This document shows positions 61,343 to 64,000 of a stretch of DNA of 64,000 nucleotides, piece after piece. A program made the position numbers and the translations under genes. The DNA lies in the NCBI RefSeq assembly GCF_001194135.2, contig NC_068987.1, forward strand, positions 18,188,798-18,252,797, in the 5' to 3' direction. Position 1 is the first letter of the stretch. The number at the start of each line of letters is the position of its first letter. The notes beneath the pieces are model-generated. The model was not told where the DNA came from and searched no databases. It was given only the letters and a program-made list of their open reading frames with translations. This DNA is from Octopus bimaculoides (lineage: Eukaryota).

Positions 61343-62289
61343 CATTTCTTACTATTGCCAACCCTTACTTGTTTCTAAACAAGGTCCATAGCTAAAGACA
61401 CTTGCCCAAGGTGTCATGCAGTGGGACTGAACCCAAAACCACATGGTTGGGAAGCAGACATCTTAACCATACTACCATACCTACATTGCTATAAAAAAAA
61501 GATACTTAACAGTAAACAAGCGGACACTTAAACAACATTTATTTACCAAAATTAGCTGTGAGGAAATGGCATCAACATGTAAAAGTGGAAGTACATTAGC
61601 TACAACATGTGCATTACTTAACCAAACATAAAACAGAAATGTCAAAAGCAGCTGGTGTTCTTTGTATGACCCAGCCATTAACTATTTTGTGCTTTGTTAC
61701 CAAGCTCTTTTGTGAGAGATGGTGGTGGATCATTTATGAATACCAAACCCATAAAAATGGTTACATCATGACAATAGCAACTAAATGTCTTTAAAAACAA
61801 GTAATTCAATTCTTGGGTCAATTTTTACGATGAAGGTCACAATGGCTGTAAATGGCAGTGTAGCTGAAGTTCTTTGGAATCTGGTATTCAATCTTTGCCA
61901 TTGCTTTTATGTAGAGCTCAGTGTGAATAAGTGTTTTGTATGCTTAGTGGTGCATAAAGGCCATTCAGTTCATCCAGCTGTAAAAAAGACTTGCTCTTAC
62001 ACTTTCAAAATGTTTAAACTGAGAGCAACACTCCAGCTCTACTAACTTGTGTGTGGATGTAAATTTTTGTATAATCATCATCATCATCATCCTCTTTTCC
62101 ATGCTTGCATGGCTCAGGCAGATTTCCTATGACTGAGCAACCTTCCACTTGCTGACCTTCACCTTTTACCAAGCAAGGTTATATTTTTTCTGTGGTCAGA
62201 CACATTGTCCACTGTGAGACTAGAAACAAACAACATCACTTGTATAGCAGTGATGCTCTTTTACAACCATCACATGATGTCAACAAGGC

Positions 62290-62341
<52 letters not shown>

Positions 62342-64000
62342 TGTATGTATGAAATGTATATATGATGGGCTTCTGCACAGTTTCTGTCTACCAAATTCAC
62401 TCGCAAGACTTTGGTCGGCCTGAGGTTGTAGGAGAAGATACTTGCTCAAGGTGCCATGAATATATAAATTTGTTGGTGTGTCTATATCAGCAGCAGCAAC
62501 CAATTTTTACTTTTCTGTCATGACCTATTGAAACAGGCTAAGAACTGGACTAGAGGGGTTTTCATATCTTCTGCAAAGCTAAAGAGTTTTCTCTACCCTA
62601 TGTTGTCTCTATTCATTTGTTCCCTAAACTTTTTCCAACCTGCAAATCTTCAACATTCAAGGTCCTTGTCTCAGTACTATGTGCAGTTATACTTTTTACA
62701 CAAGTACTTTTTAATCTACCCTTTACTCAGAACAGGAAACTTCTTTGCTACCAGTAGAGGTAACAGCTCTCTTAGCTCTTTTCTACCCCTTTCTTACTAT
62801 GGTAACAATGCTTCTGGAACCCACCCGCCCATCTCCTTTGTCAATTAGGTCATTTTATAACAAAAGCTATCAACTAGTTTTAGAGAACCTGCTGAGATTT
62901 GAAGTTGTATATATTTCATACGTACTTTTACTGGTAACTGCCACACATCAAGTCTACCTGTAATCATTTTTGCAATCTCCCTCTGTGTGTGTGTGTGTGT
63001 TCATTGAGTTTGTGGCAAAAATTTGTACCAACTGCCGTTAGCGTTTCCAAAATGTATAACTGGCCCTCACCACCGAAAAGAAAATCATCTGTGTGGGTAA
63101 TCTTTTGGATATAATATTGGCTGTTAGAGCCTCGTGCATCAAAGCTGAAGGGAGAATTCACTTTATGAGGGGGTACTGAAAAATTCATGGCTTTGTGTAA
63201 AAGAAAATAAAAGAGGATCAGTTAATTGATTTTAATCCCCCCTCAGATTCACACACTTATTGCAGCAGTCCTTCAGTTTTCTTCTAACCCTGTAAAAGAA
63301 CTCAGTAAGTTGGGCCTCCAACCAGGCCTTTCATGATACCCTTAAAGCCAGGAATTTTTCAGCACCCCTCTCATATGTCTAGGTAAATGCAGACACACAG
63401 TGGTATTATAAAAGACCTTAGAAAGAAAACTGACTTGATGTGTGACAACAGATGTACCAGTGAAGTTAGCTGTACCTTTTTTTTGTAAAAATAAATGAAT
63501 AAGTATTTATGGTACCCTGAGAAGTATTGAGTGACCTTTCATTATAATTTTCAACTACTATTGATAGCTTTTTTTATAAAAAAAAGAAAAAAAGTAAACA
63601 TTAATGGATGGATGAACAAACAGACAGATGAATTGATTGATTGATTGATTTTTGTATGTTGATAGTACCCATCTTTGCCCAAGTTTATTAATACCAGAAG
63701 TAAATACAATCATATCACATCCATTCACTATATTTTGGATAAATTTCTTCACAAAGATGCCAACAATTTTGGTCCAGGAATATTGATTTACTTAGAATTG
63801 TTGTTTCCAAGCCATTCAGCAGATGGTTCAATTTGAGGTTTATCAAAATACATGGGAAAAAAAAAAAATCAACAAAAACAACTGGCATTTATTAATAATT
63901 GAAACTTCTTTTATTCATATTTCAGACTTGAAACTTAGAAAATCAATTTTTCATTTGTAGAAAATATGTATTCTTTGTTGGGGCTTTTTTTTTAAATAAA

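Noticed and set aside
4114-61361. Recurrent ORFs containing LQLDALPNANH or CVCVCV/YIYIYI
   Set aside because: Translations of the family B retroposon and dinucleotide microsatellites, not a gene family.
63558-63790. Minus-strand open stretch (YSWTKIVGIFVKKFIQNIVNGCDMIVFTSG) as a nested gene exon
   Set aside because: No recognisable homology, weak splice signals and no partner exons found.

Overview
Eukaryotic, AT-rich, microsatellite- and SINE-dense genomic DNA from a gapped draft scaffold (15 N-gaps). The repeat content suggests a coleoid cephalopod, probably Octopus (inference). Two housekeeping genes lie head-to-head with start codons about 980 bp apart. (1) TAF2 (TFIID subunit 2) is on the minus strand. 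I reconstructed 28 coding exons by hand, from the ATG at 41629 down to 206; the gene continues off the left edge. All visible junctions are GT-AG and phase-compatible except one, where a short (3n+2 nt) exon is missing and probably lies in an N-gap. (2) ARFGAP1 is on the plus strand: coding exons 42611-42670 and 51369-51478 give the N-terminus and the CxxC-x16-CxxC zinc finger; later exons were not found. Introns hold at least four SINE-like families, TTAA-flanked (piggyBac-type) MITEs, RTE LINE remnants and an internally deleted DD37D (maT) Tc1/mariner element. Best leads: one clear and one probable U12 (minor spliceosome) intron in TAF2; a 350+ aa microsatellite-encoded low-complexity region in the TAF2 C-terminus ending in an FKLKIK motif; several inverted repeat pairs that could form dsRNA (ADAR or back-splicing candidates); a near-consensus CTCF motif inside a MITE-like fragment; a perfect 20-bp palindrome near the shared promoter; and a probable heterozygous SINE insertion. 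There is no prokaryotic-type system (CRISPR, rRNA, real tRNA). Most supplied ORFs are spurious products of repeats and gaps.
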